Assembly: GCA_963704725.1 (NCBI GenBank)
Contig: OY969934.1
Location: 1,248,001-1,312,000, forward strand
DNA: 64,000 bases
Direction of reading: 5' to 3'
From: an uncultured Actinomycetes bacterium
Lineage (GTDB): Bacteria > Actinomycetota > UBA4738 > HRBIN12
The position numbers and the translations under genes were made by a program. Positions 40,098 to 49,745 of the stretch are shown one piece after another (the stretch's first letter is position 1; the number at the start of each line of letters is the position of its first letter). The notes under the pieces are model-generated. The model made no database searches and was not told where the DNA came from. It saw only the letters and a list, made by a program, of their open reading frames with translations.

Positions 40098-41683
40098 GTC
40101 GCCACCTCCGCGGGCTCGGCGCTCCGCGCCTCGTCGCCGGGCAGGTGCCCCACGTCGAGGAGTCCCTGGAAGATCCATTCGTCGAATCGTGCCTGCCGGA
40201 GCTGGTCCCCGTACAGGATGGGCTGTCCGCCCTTCCACCGTTCCTGGACGAAGTCGAGCAGCGAGCGGTTTGCGACGAGCGAGGGAACCTTCTCCAGCTG
40301 ATGGAGGATGCCGGTGGCTCGGAAGATGCAGAACCCACCCTGGCACGGACCCATCCCAAGGCGGATCGTGCGGCGGATGTCGTCCAGGCTCGTCGTGTCG
40401 CGCCGCTCCATGACGGTCTCGAGGTCGCGGCGGGGAACGAACTCGCACTCGCAGATGAGCTGGTCGTCGTGCAGGGTCTCCTCGCGCTGGGCCACGCGCG
40501 CCCCGAGCCAGTAGTAGCGGCGGTCCTCGGAGTCGGGCAGCGGCTCGTCGGCGGTGCGGCACGACCGCTCGGTGCCGAGCTCCGCGCAAACGGCGTCCAC
40601 CGTCTCCTCGGCCATGAGCCGGAACGTGCAGAACTTGCCGCCGGTGATCGTGACGAAGCGCTCGACGCCGTCGCGGACGCGGTGGTTGAGCAGCGCGTGC
40701 GCCCGCGTGACGTCGCGCGTGTCGGCGCCGGCGCTCTTCTCCTGGTAGAGCGGGCGGACCCCGCCCCACACCCGGAGGGCTCTCGCCTGGCGGAACCCCG
40801 GCACGAGGTTCTCACCAGCGTCGAGCATCTTCTGCACCTCCTCGCGGGTGATCTCCCACACGTCGGGGTCGGGCACCTTGACGTCGGTGGTGCCGATCAC
40901 GGAGACGGTCCTCGCCGGCACGATGATGTCGCCGTCGGAGGGCATCGAGCACCGGTTCACCACCGTGCTGACGAGCAGGTGGTTCATCGCCACCATGATC
41001 CCCTTGCCCGGGAACACCGTGACCTCGCACCCGGCCATCCCGGCGATGCGTCCCGCCCACGCCCCGGAGGCGTTGACCACGAAGTCCGCGCCGATCTCCA
41101 CCTCTTCGCCGGAGTGGTTGTCGCGAAGGACGGCGCCCTTCACCGTGCCGTCCTCGACGATCAGCCGAAGCACCTCGTGGTACGTGAGGATCTTCGCCCC
41201 GCTCGCCTCGGCGGAGCGGGCCACCGCCCAGACCATCTTCCACGAGTCGACGGAGCCGTCGGGCACCGTGAACGCCCGGGAGATCCGAGGGTTCAGCCGG
41301 GGCTCGCGGCGCAGGGTCTCGGCGACCGGGATCTCCTCGACGTCGATGTGGACGCCCCGGCAGGCCTCCGCGAACCGGTCGGCGTACGCCGGGTCGTCGA
41401 TGGGGGTGGTGACGAACAGGCCGCCCGTATCCTCGATGCAGTCGGCCGCGATCTTGCGCAGGATGCGGTTCTCGTGGATGCACTCCTCGGCGGCCTTGGG
41501 GTCCTTCACCACGTAGCGGCCCCCCGAGTGCAGGAGGCCGTGGAACCGTCCCGTGGTCCCGGTGGCGAGGTCCCCCCGGTCGACGAGGGTCGTGGCGAAC
41601 CCGCGCATCGCGGCGTCGCGAACCACGCCGAGGCCGGTGGATCCGCCGCCGATCACGAGCACTTCAGTCTGGAGCTTGGTCAT
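40094..41683 (-). CDS. glpA: anaerobic glycerol-3-phosphate dehydrogenase subunit A
   Basis: IGGGSTG, GTTGRFHGLLHSGGRY, CECE...GMGPCQGGFC. Confidence 0.95.
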   Translation of the reverse strand: MTKLQTEVLVIGGGSTGLGVVRDAAMRGFATTLVDRGDLATGTTGRFHGLLHSGGRYVVKDPKAAEECIHENRILRKIAADCIEDTGGLFVTTPIDDPAYADRFAEACRGVHIDVEEIPVAETLRREPRLNPRISRAFTVPDGSVDSWKMVWAVARSAEASGAKILTYHEVLRLIVEDGTVKGAVLRDNHSGEEVEIGADFVVNASGAWAGRIAGMAGCEVTVFPGKGIMVAMNHLLVSTVVNRCSMPSDGDIIVPARTVSVIGTTDVKVPDPDVWEITREEVQKMLDAGENLVPGFRQARALRVWGGVRPLYQEKSAGADTRDVTRAHALLNHRVRDGVERFVTITGGKFCTFRLMAEETVDAVCAELGTERSCRTADEPLPDSEDRRYYWLGARVAQREETLHDDQLICECEFVPRRDLETVMERRDTTSLDDIRRTIRLGMGPCQGGFCIFRATGILHQLEKVPSLVANRSLLDFVQERWKGGQPILYGDQLRQARFDEWIFQGLLDVGHLPGDEARSAEPAEVAT

Positions 41684-41754
41684 GGCGCCCTTCCCGGACT
41701 CGCGATCTGGCGGATCCGGGCCGGACGGCCGGCGGTCAGGACGCCGAGCCGCGA

Positions 41755-41804
41755 GATCCGCGGCGCGTGGGCGTTCGCGAGCGACGTCCCATGCGCCGCG
41801 GATC
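41755..41804. terminator. long GC-rich hairpin downstream of the repeat-protein gene
   Basis: GATCCGCGGCGC...GCGCCGCGGATC with further internal pairing; no U-tract. Confidence 0.5.
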
Positions 41805-41815
41805 CCGAGGGTGCT

Positions 41816-42034
41816 TCAGCTCTCGGATCCGGATTGGCCCTCGGCGAACGTTCCCTCTTCGTGCTCGTGGTCCTCCGAGGTCTCCTGTCCCTCGGCGAAG
41901 TCGCCGTGCTTGCCCTCCTCGGGGTGAGGATGGTCCTCGGACTGCCCCTCGGCGAAGGAGCCCGAGTGGTGCTCGTGCTCCTCGTCCTCCTCCTGTCCCT
42001 CGGCGAAGTCGCCGTGCTTGTGCTCCTTCTCCAT
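41816..42034 (-). CDS. 72-aa acidic His-rich tandem-repeat protein (4x G[DST]FAEGQ), function unknown
   Basis: GAAGGGAGG RBS before ATG; in-frame repeats; fills the glpK-glpA gap. Confidence 0.8.
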   Translation of the reverse strand: MEKEHKHGDFAEGQEEDEEHEHHSGSFAEGQSEDHPHPEEGKHGDFAEGQETSEDHEHEEGTFAEGQSGSES

Positions 42035-42090
42035 GGCGCCTCCCTTCGACGTCGTCCCCCCTCCGTACCCGGGCGGGCCCGTTTCGTTTC

Positions 42091-42128
42091 ACGCGAGGTT
42101 CCGCCCGCATCCGGGCGGAACCTCGCGT
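42091..42128 (-). terminator. perfect 17-bp stem-loop after glpK
   Basis: ACGCGAGGTTCCGCCCG-CATC-CGGGCGGAACCTCGCGT, ~20 nt after the glpK stop; no U-tract. Confidence 0.6.
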
Positions 42129-42147
42129 CCCCTGCCTCGCGTCTCTC

Positions 42148-43644
42148 CTACTCGACCCAGTCGAACGTGCGCGTGACCGCCTTCTTCCACAGGGCGTACT
42201 CGCGCTCGATCTCGGATGCGTCCATCTGGGGCGTCCACGTCTTGTCCATACCCCAGTTCTGGCGCAGGTCGTCGTACGAGCCCCAGAAGCCGACCGCCAG
42301 GCCGGCCGCGTAGGCCGCGCCCAGGGCCGTGGTCTCGGCCACCTTCGGCCGGACGACGGGCACTTGGAGCGAGTCCGCCTGGAACTGCATCAGCAGGTCG
42401 TTGTAGACCATGCCGCCGTCGACCTTGAGCTCCTTCAGCTTGACGCCGGAGTCGGCCTCCATCGCGTCGAGCACCTCGCGGGTCTGCCACGCGGTCGCCT
42501 CGAGGGCGGCGCGCGCGATGTGGCCCTTGTTGACGTAGCGGGTCAGTCCGACGAGGACGCCGCGAGCGTCGCCGCGCCAGTACGGCGCGAACAGGCCCGA
42601 GAACGCCGGCACGAAGTACGCGCCGCCGTTGTCCTCGACCGTCTTGGCCAGCTCCTCGATCTCCGGCGAGCTCTTGATGAGCCCGATGTTGTCGCGCAGC
42701 CACTGCACGAGCGCGCCGGTGATGGCGATGGCGCCCTCGAGGCAGTAGACGGCCGGCGCGTCGCCGAGCTTCCATCCGAGCGTGGTGAGCAGGCCGCTCT
42801 TGCTCTGGACGGCCTCGGTGCCGGTGTTGAGCAGCATGAAGTTGCCGGTGCCGTAGGTGTTCTTCGCGTCGCCGACGTCGTAGGCGGCCTGTCCGAACGT
42901 CGCCGCCTGCTGGTCGCCGAGGTCGCCGGCCACGGAGATGCCGTTCAGCGTGCCCTTGGCCGTCCCGTACACGGCCGAGGAGGGCATGATCGCCGGCAGC
43001 ATCGAGCGGGGCACGCCGAACGCGGCGAGCTGTCCCTCGTCCCAGTCGAGCGTGGCGAGGTCCATCAGCATCGTGCGGCTGGCGTTCGACACGTCGGTGA
43101 CGTGCACGCCGCCGTCGATCCCTCCGGTGAGGTTCCAGATGACCCAGGTGTCGATCGTGCCGAACATCAGGTCTCCGGCCTCTGCCTTGGCCCTGGCGCC
43201 CTCGACGTTCTCGAGCAGCCACTTGGCCTTCGTGCCCGAGAAGTACGTCGCGAGCGGGAGCCCGACCTTGGCCCGGAACCGGTCCTGGCCTCCGTCGGCC
43301 GACAGCTCGTCGACGACGCCCTGCGTCCGCGTGTCCTGCCAGACGAGCGCGTTGTAGATCGGCTTGCCGGTCTTGCGGTCCCAGACCACGGTCGTCTCAC
43401 GCTGGTTCGTGATGCCGACCGCGGCGAGGTCGGCGAGGGTGATGCCGGCCTTCTTCAGCGCGCCCTCGACCACCTCGTTGGTCCGGGTCCAGATCTCCAT
43501 CGGGTCGTGCTCGACCCAGCCCGGCTTCGGGTAGATCTGCTCGTGCTCCTTCTGCTCGACCCCGACCACCGCACCGGCGTGGTCGAAGATCATGAATCGG
43601 GTGCTGGTCGTCCCTTGGTCGATCGCACCCACGTAATCTGCCAT
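42148..43644 (-). CDS. glpK: glycerol kinase
   Basis: [39 protein letters not shown]. Confidence 0.97.
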   Translation of the reverse strand: MADYVGAIDQGTTSTRFMIFDHAGAVVGVEQKEHEQIYPKPGWVEHDPMEIWTRTNEVVEGALKKAGITLADLAAVGITNQRETTVVWDRKTGKPIYNALVWQDTRTQGVVDELSADGGQDRFRAKVGLPLATYFSGTKAKWLLENVEGARAKAEAGDLMFGTIDTWVIWNLTGGIDGGVHVTDVSNASRTMLMDLATLDWDEGQLAAFGVPRSMLPAIMPSSAVYGTAKGTLNGISVAGDLGDQQAATFGQAAYDVGDAKNTYGTGNFMLLNTGTEAVQSKSGLLTTLGWKLGDAPAVYCLEGAIAITGALVQWLRDNIGLIKSSPEIEELAKTVEDNGGAYFVPAFSGLFAPYWRGDARGVLVGLTRYVNKGHIARAALEATAWQTREVLDAMEADSGVKLKELKVDGGMVYNDLLMQFQADSLQVPVVRPKVAETTALGAAYAAGLAVGFWGSYDDLRQNWGMDKTWTPQMDASEIEREYALWKKAVTRTFDWVE

Positions 43645-43667
43645 CGGGGAAGCCACCTCCTTCGTCG

Positions 43668-44306
43668 TCAGCTCTCGCCGTTCCAGGTCTCGGCGACCGT
43701 CTTCATCAGCAGCCAGCTGGACGTCGCGCCCGGGTCCTGGTGTCCGGCGCTGCGCTCGCCCAGGTAGCTCGCGCGCCCCTTGCGCGCGACGAGCGGGATC
43801 GTTGCCTTCATCCCTTCCTCCGCCGCATCGGCGGCTCGTTGCAGGGCGTCGGAGAAGGACGCGCCTTCGCCGATCGCCGTCGTGTACGCGTCGCGAGCGG
43901 GCGCGAGCGCGTCGACCATGGTCTTGTCCTCGAGCACGGCCTTCCCACGGGCTTGCACTCCCGCGACGGCCGCCTCGAGCGCGGCACCCCAGTCCGCCGG
44001 CTCCACCTCGCTCTTGCCCGCGGTCGCGGTTCCGAGCTGGAGGAACAACGTCCCGTACAGGGGACCGCCCGCGCCCCCGACGGTGGAGACGAGGGTCATC
44101 CCGATCGTCTTGAACAGCGCGCCGACGTCTCCGGCGGCCTGGCCGTCGAGCTTGCCCAGGACGGCCTGGAACCCCCGGTTCATGTTGATCCCGTGGTCGG
44201 CGTCGCCGATCGCCGAGTCGAGCTCCGTCAGGTATTCCTTGTTCTCGGCGACGACGTCCGCGAACCGCCGCACCATGCGGACGGCATCGTCGTAGCTGGC
44301 GCTCAA
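43668..44306 (-). CDS. dhaL: dihydroxyacetone kinase ADP-binding subunit L
   Basis: [30 protein letters not shown]; TTG start. Confidence 0.95.
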   Translation of the reverse strand: MSASYDDAVRMVRRFADVVAENKEYLTELDSAIGDADHGINMNRGFQAVLGKLDGQAAGDVGALFKTIGMTLVSTVGGAGGPLYGTLFLQLGTATAGKSEVEPADWGAALEAAVAGVQARGKAVLEDKTMVDALAPARDAYTTAIGEGASFSDALQRAADAAEEGMKATIPLVARKGRASYLGERSAGHQDPGATSSWLLMKTVAETWNGES

Positions 44307-44368
44307 CCCTCACCCCTTCGGATCGGGGTGAGGTGCGGGCCGCGGGCGGCCCGCACCTTCACCGCCGT

Positions 44369-45370
44369 TCAGACGCCCCAGCGAAGGCCCGGCGTCTTGA
44401 CCGGCGCGTCCCACAGCCGGATCAGGTCGTCGGTCGTCTTCAGGAGCGTGATCGAACACCCCGCCATCTCGAGCGACGTGATGTACGGGCCGATGAGGTT
44501 CCGGGCGATCGTGATGCCCCGCCCCTTCAGGAACTTCGCCAGCTCGTTGTAGACCACGTACAGCTCGATGAGCGGCGTTCCGCCCATCCCGTTCACGAAC
44601 GCCAGGACGTTGTCGCCCTGCTTGAACGGGAGGTCGTCGACGACGGCGGTCGCCATCATCTCCACGATCTCCGAAGCGGGCTTGAGCTTCATCCGCTCGC
44701 GGCCCGGCTCCCCGTGGATGCCGATGCCAATCTCCATCTCGTCCTCGCCCAGCTCGAACGTCGGCTTGCCCGCCGCCGGGACGGTGCACGAGGTGAGCGC
44801 CATGCCCATGGTGCGGCCGTTCGCGTTCACCTCGCGGCAGACGTCCGCGACCTCCTTCAGCGGACGCCCCGCCTCCGCGGCGGCGCCGGCGATCTTCTCC
44901 ATCAGGACGGTGTCGCCGACGCCCCGACGTCCGGCCGTGTAGAGGCTGTCCTGCACCGCCACGTCGTCGTCGACCAGCACGGACTCGACCTCGATGCCCT
45001 CCGAACGGCACAGGTCCGCCGCCATCTCGAAGTTCATCACGTCGCCCGTGTAGTTCTTGACGATGTGGATGACGCCGGCGCCGCCGTTCACGGCCTTGGT
45101 GGCCGCCTCCATCTGGTCCGGCGTCGGCGAGGTGAAGACCTCGCCGGGGCAGGCGGCGTCGAGCATGCCCATGCCGACGAATCCGCCGTGCATGGGCTCG
45201 TGACCCGAGCCGCCGCCGGAGATGAGCGCGACCTTGCCCTGCACGGGCGCGTCGGCCCGGACGATGATGTTCGGGTCGTAGGAGACGCGCACCAAGTCCG
45301 CGTGCGCTTGCTCGATCCCCGCAAGCTCTTCCCGAACCACGTCCTCCGGCTTGTTGATCAGCTTCTTCAC
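44369..45370 (-). CDS. dhaK: dihydroxyacetone kinase substrate-binding subunit K
   Basis: [31 protein letters not shown]. Confidence 0.96.
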   Translation of the reverse strand: MKKLINKPEDVVREELAGIEQAHADLVRVSYDPNIIVRADAPVQGKVALISGGGSGHEPMHGGFVGMGMLDAACPGEVFTSPTPDQMEAATKAVNGGAGVIHIVKNYTGDVMNFEMAADLCRSEGIEVESVLVDDDVAVQDSLYTAGRRGVGDTVLMEKIAGAAAEAGRPLKEVADVCREVNANGRTMGMALTSCTVPAAGKPTFELGEDEMEIGIGIHGEPGRERMKLKPASEIVEMMATAVVDDLPFKQGDNVLAFVNGMGGTPLIELYVVYNELAKFLKGRGITIARNLIGPYITSLEMAGCSITLLKTTDDLIRLWDAPVKTPGLRWGV

Positions 45371-45420
45371 TCGGGCCTCCTCTCGTCACCTCGTACCGAT
45401 GATCGCGAGATGCGCCCCTG

Positions 45421-46161
45421 TTAGAACCCCTTCATGACCGCGTACGCGATCCATCCACCGAGCACGCCGCCGATGATCGGTCCCACGACGGGAACCAAGG
45501 CATAACCCCAGTCCGAATCGCCCTTGCCCGCGATCGGCAGGACGAAGTGCATGATGCGCGGACCGAGGTCGCGAGCCGGGTTGATGGCGTATCCGGTTGG
45601 ACCGCCGAGTGACATGCCGATGGCGAACACGAGCAGCGCGACGAAGAAGTACCCGAAGTCGCTGACGCCCGCCCCGAAGCCGCCGATCGCGACGACGCCG
45701 AACACCAGCATCGCCGTGCCGATGATCTCGGTGATCATGTTCGCCGTCATGTTGCGGATCGCCGGTCCGGTCGAGAAGACCGCGAGCTTGAGTCCCGGGT
45801 CCTCGGTCTCCGACCAGTGCGCCAGATAGGCGAGCCACACGAGCGTGGCTCCGAGCATCGCCCCGAGGAACTCGCCGGCGATGATCTGGGGAACGTCGCC
45901 CCAGGTGAACCCGAACTTCTCCGGCCCGACCGCTGCCAGCCCGATCGTCACGGCCGGATTCAGGTGGGCGAGGCCACCGGAGACCGCGAGGCTCGACAAC
46001 ACGCCGAAGAGCACGCCCATGGCCCACGCGAACGTGATGACGATCCATCCGGAGTTCTGGGCCTTCGACTTGTTGAGCAGCACCCCGGCGACCACGCCAT
46101 CGCCGAGCAAGATCAGGACACACGTTCCGACAACTTCGCCCAGGAACATGTTGCGGACCAC
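45421..46161 (-). CDS. glpF: glycerol uptake facilitator (MIP/aquaglyceroporin)
   Basis: Two NPA motifs (HLNPAVT, AINPARD). Confidence 0.95.
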   Translation of the reverse strand: MVRNMFLGEVVGTCVLILLGDGVVAGVLLNKSKAQNSGWIVITFAWAMGVLFGVLSSLAVSGGLAHLNPAVTIGLAAVGPEKFGFTWGDVPQIIAGEFLGAMLGATLVWLAYLAHWSETEDPGLKLAVFSTGPAIRNMTANMITEIIGTAMLVFGVVAIGGFGAGVSDFGYFFVALLVFAIGMSLGGPTGYAINPARDLGPRIMHFVLPIAGKGDSDWGYALVPVVGPIIGGVLGGWIAYAVMKGF

Positions 46162-46221
46162 CCCCTTGCCGTGCCCGTGCGGGCACTCCGCCCGTAAGCA
46201 GAACCCCGTTCGGGTTCACTA

Positions 46222-46287
46222 GTCAAATCGGCGACTTGACCGTCGGAAGACTGGAATCCTCGTCCCCCGTTCGGTATGGTCGAACGG
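46222..46287. promoter_or_regulatory. divergent promoter region with two palindromes: GTCAA-N9-TTGAC and IclR-like CCGTTCG-N7-CGAACGG
   Basis: Inverted repeats at 46222-46240 and 46267-46287 between glpF and dhaL2/IclR. Confidence 0.55.
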
Positions 46288-46321
46288 CCCTATGGTGTAG
46301 GGACACCGGAGGGTCAACGGG

Positions 46322-46981
46322 GTGGCGCGGGTGGTGCAGGCTGAACAGCTCGACGGCGCGTTCGTCACGCGCTGGTTCCAGGAGGCGGCCCGGGCCATCC
46401 ACGAGCAGCGGGACTACCTGACCCAGCTCGACGCCGCCATCGGCGATGCCGACCACGGGCTCAACATGGACCGCGGCTTCACGTCCGTGCTGGCCAAGCT
46501 CGAGGACGGTCCCGGAGGCGGCCCCGGCGAGCTGCTCGAGCTCGTCGGGACCACGCTCGTGCTGTCCGTCGGGGGCGCCTCCGGGCCCCTGTACGGGTCC
46601 GCGATCCGGCAGATGGGACGGGGCCTGGACGCGCAGACGTTCGACGGCGAGGCCCTGCTCGTCCTGCTCCGCGCCGGGCTCGAGGAGATCCAGCGGCTCG
46701 GCGCCGCGCAGGTCGGCGACAAGACCATGGTGGACGCCCTGGTTCCCGCGATCGCCGCGTTCGAGCGCGGCCTGCGGACCGGCGATTCGCTGGCCGGCGC
46801 GGCCCGCCGGGCCCGGGTGGCCGCCGAGGAGGGGATGCGCGCGACGATCCCGCTGCAGGCCCGCAAGGGACGGGCGTCGTATCTGGGCCCCCGCAGCGTG
46901 GGCCACCAGGATCCCGGCGCGACGTCGACGGCCCTGCTGATGGCGGCGCTGGAGCGCGCGGCCGAAGGGGTGTCGGCGTGA
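46322..46981 (+). CDS. dhaL: second DhaL paralog
   Basis: [40 protein letters not shown]; GTGA overlap with IclR. Confidence 0.9.
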   Translation: MARVVQAEQLDGAFVTRWFQEAARAIHEQRDYLTQLDAAIGDADHGLNMDRGFTSVLAKLEDGPGGGPGELLELVGTTLVLSVGGASGPLYGSAIRQMGRGLDAQTFDGEALLVLLRAGLEEIQRLGAAQVGDKTMVDALVPAIAAFERGLRTGDSLAGAARRARVAAEEGMRATIPLQARKGRASYLGPRSVGHQDPGATSTALLMAALERAAEGVSA

Positions 46982-47751
46982 TCCAGTCGGTCCGCAGGGC
47001 CGCCGCGATCCTGCGCGAGCTCGGATCCGGGCACCCCCGGCTCGGGGTCACGGAGCTCTCGGAGCGGCTCGGGTTGGCCAAGGCGACCGTGTACGGATTG
47101 GTGCGGTCGCTCGAGGAGGACGGCCTCGTGGAACGGGACGCGGAGACGGGGAAGTACCGGCTCGGGCCCGAGCTGTTGCAGCTCGGCAACGCGTTCCTGG
47201 ACGGGCACGAGCTCCGCGCCCGCTCGCTCCTGTGGGCGGACTCCCTGGCCACCCGGACCTCGGAGGCGGTGCGGGTGGGGGTCCCGAACGGGCGGAACAT
47301 CCTCATCGTCCACCACGTGTTCCGTCCCGACGACTCGGTGCAGATCCTCGAGGTGGGTGCCGCGATCCCGTGGCACGCCAGCGCCCTGGGCAAGGCGGTG
47401 GCCGCCTACCGGACCGACGAGATGCTCCGCGACCTGCTCGGTGGCCCGCTCTCCCGGCTGACCGGCCGCACGATCGTCGAGCCCCGGGATCTCCGCCGGG
47501 CCCTGGCCTCGATCCGCCGCGACGGGGTGGCCGTCGAGGACCAGGAGGCCGTGATCGGCGAGGCCGAGGTGGCCGCCCCCGTCCTGGACAACGACGGGCA
47601 TCCGGTCGGTGCGATCGGGGTGGCCGGACCCGTGGAGCATCTGCTGCCGGAGGGCCGGGCCAGGGACGACGTCGTCACCGCCGTGAAGCTGACGGCCCGG
47701 GGGCTCTCGCGCGACCTGGGCGGGGGCCGCCGCTTCGCCCGGAACCGGTAG
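46978..47751 (+). CDS. gylR: IclR family regulator (GylR-like glycerol operon regulator)
   Basis: IQSVRRAAAIL HTH, HASALGKA, AAPV...GAIGVAGP; glycerol cluster context. Confidence 0.8.
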   Translation: MIQSVRRAAAILRELGSGHPRLGVTELSERLGLAKATVYGLVRSLEEDGLVERDAETGKYRLGPELLQLGNAFLDGHELRARSLLWADSLATRTSEAVRVGVPNGRNILIVHHVFRPDDSVQILEVGAAIPWHASALGKAVAAYRTDEMLRDLLGGPLSRLTGRTIVEPRDLRRALASIRRDGVAVEDQEAVIGEAEVAAPVLDNDGHPVGAIGVAGPVEHLLPEGRARDDVVTAVKLTARGLSRDLGGGRRFARNR

Positions 47752-47833
47752 GCGCGCCGCCGGGTTCCTTGTCCGGAATCGCTGCCCCCACCTCGGTGCC
47801 GGCGTCCCAACTCCGACGCGCTAGTCTCGGCCG

Positions 47834-48856
47834 GTGATGCCCGGCGAACGACGTTTCGTGACCGTCGACGACTACGAGCCGGTGGCGCGCGAGCGACTGC
47901 CGCCGGACGTCTACGACTACTACGCGGGGGGAGCCGGGGACGAGCGGACCCTGGCCGAGAACCGGCGGGCGTTCGACCGATGGGCGATCCGGCCCCGCGT
48001 GCTCGCCGGCGCCTACCCCCCCGATCCGTCGACGGAGGTGCTCGGCACGCGCATCTCGTTCCCGGTGCTGATCGCTCCATGGGCCTACCAGCGCAAGGCC
48101 CATCCGGACGGCGACGTGGCGACCGCGCGCGCCGCCGCCCGGGCCGGGACGATCATGGCGGTCTCCTCGACGGCGCTGGAGCACCTCGAGGACGTGGCCG
48201 CGGCGTCCTCGTTCACCAAGTGGTGGCAGCTCTACGTCTTCACCGAGCGCGCCCGGTCCGAGGACATGCTTCGACGGGTGGTGGCGGCCGGCTTCGGCGC
48301 GATCTGCTTCACGGTGGACTTCCCGGTGGCCGGGCTCCGGCACCGGGACACGCGGAGCGGCTTCGACATGCCGATGGGCCTGCCCCAGGACGAGCTCGTG
48401 TACGACCCCCACATCGACTGGGACGACCTGGCGTGGATCCGGGAGCGGGCGCCGCTGCCACTCCTGGTGAAGGGCATCCTGACGGCCGAGGACGCGCGGA
48501 TCGCCGTCGAGCTCGGCGCGGACGGCATCGTGGTGTCCAACCACGGCGGCCGGCAGCTCGACGGCGCGGTGGCGGGGATCACCGCGCTCCCCGAGGTCGT
48601 CGAGGCCGTCGGCGGGCGGGTCCCGGTGCTCGTCGACGGCGGCGTCCGCCGGGGCATCGACGTCTTCCGGGCCCTCGCGCTCGGCGCCTCGGCGGTGATG
48701 GTCGGCCGTCCGACCTGCTGGGGCCTGGCGGTGGCGGGGGAGGAGGGCGTCCTCGACGTCCTGGGGATCCTGCGGGCGGAGCTCGAGAACGCCATGGCGC
48801 TCGCCGGCACGCGATCCGTGGCCGACATCACCCGCGCCTTCGTCACGCCGGTCTGA
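47834..48856 (+). CDS. FMN-dependent alpha-hydroxy acid oxidase/dehydrogenase
   Basis: YDYYAGGAGDE, VSNHGGRQLD, DGGVRRG. Confidence 0.93.
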   Translation: MMPGERRFVTVDDYEPVARERLPPDVYDYYAGGAGDERTLAENRRAFDRWAIRPRVLAGAYPPDPSTEVLGTRISFPVLIAPWAYQRKAHPDGDVATARAAARAGTIMAVSSTALEHLEDVAAASSFTKWWQLYVFTERARSEDMLRRVVAAGFGAICFTVDFPVAGLRHRDTRSGFDMPMGLPQDELVYDPHIDWDDLAWIRERAPLPLLVKGILTAEDARIAVELGADGIVVSNHGGRQLDGAVAGITALPEVVEAVGGRVPVLVDGGVRRGIDVFRALALGASAVMVGRPTCWGLAVAGEEGVLDVLGILRAELENAMALAGTRSVADITRAFVTPV

Positions 48857-48889
48857 CGCCCCGGCCCCGGTCTGCGACCATGGGCCGGC

Positions 48890-49720
48890 ATGCCCGGGAT
48901 CGACCTGCACACGCACACGAACCGGTCGGACGGCACCTTCGAGCCGGACGAGCTGGTCCGCCACGCCGCCGAGCGCGGCCTGGCGACGATCGCCGTCACC
49001 GACCACGACACCACCGCCGGCCTGGAGACGGCCCTCGCCGAGGGCGAGGCGACCGGCGTCCAGGTGGTCCCCGGCGTCGAGTTCTCGGCCGAGTTCGAGG
49101 GCACCAGCGTCCACGTCCTGTGCTACTGGATGGACGTCGGCGACGCCGAGTTCCAGGCCGAGCTGATGCGCCTGCGGGACGACCGGTTCCGCCGGGGCGA
49201 GCTCATGGTGGGCAAGCTCCAGGAGCTGGGGTTCCCCATCACGTTCGAGCGCGTCCGGGAGATCGCCAAGGGCGGGAACATCGTGCGCCCCCACGTCGCG
49301 CAGGCCATGGTCGAGGCCGGCGTGGTCGCCTCGGAGGAGGAGGCGTTCGAGAAGTGGATCGCCGACGGCATGCCGGCGCACGTGCCCAAGCACGCCCTGG
49401 ACCCGGTGGACGCCGTCCGCCTGATCCGCGGCGCGAAGGGACTGTGCGTCCTGGCCCACCCCGGCATGTGGGGGGACCAGACGGCCGTTCCGGACGAGCT
49501 CATCGAGTCCATGGCGGACGCGGGGATGGTCGGGCTCGAGGTGGACCACACGGACCACGGGCCGGAGCAGCGGGAACGGTACCGGGCGATGGCGCACCGC
49601 CTGGACCTGATCCCCACGGGGGGCTCCGACTGTCACGGGACGCGGTACGACCCGATCCGACTCGGCACGTCGCTCTGCGAGCCGGCGAGCTTCGAGGCGC
49701 TGCGGGCCCTCGCCCGCTGA
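48890..49720 (+). CDS. PHP-domain metallophosphoesterase (TrpH/YciV-like)
   Basis: DLHTHT..SDG, TDHDT, RPH, AHP, GGSDCHG. Confidence 0.92.
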   Translation: MPGIDLHTHTNRSDGTFEPDELVRHAAERGLATIAVTDHDTTAGLETALAEGEATGVQVVPGVEFSAEFEGTSVHVLCYWMDVGDAEFQAELMRLRDDRFRRGELMVGKLQELGFPITFERVREIAKGGNIVRPHVAQAMVEAGVVASEEEAFEKWIADGMPAHVPKHALDPVDAVRLIRGAKGLCVLAHPGMWGDQTAVPDELIESMADAGMVGLEVDHTDHGPEQRERYRAMAHRLDLIPTGGSDCHGTRYDPIRLGTSLCEPASFEALRALAR

Positions 49721-49745
49721 GGGGCGCGACCCGTAGCATCGGAGG

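Noticed and set aside
41816-42034. Repeated CCCTCGGCGAA DNA units as a possible CRISPR or mini-array
   Set aside because: Repeats are short and in frame, and are explained by the protein repeat; no cas genes
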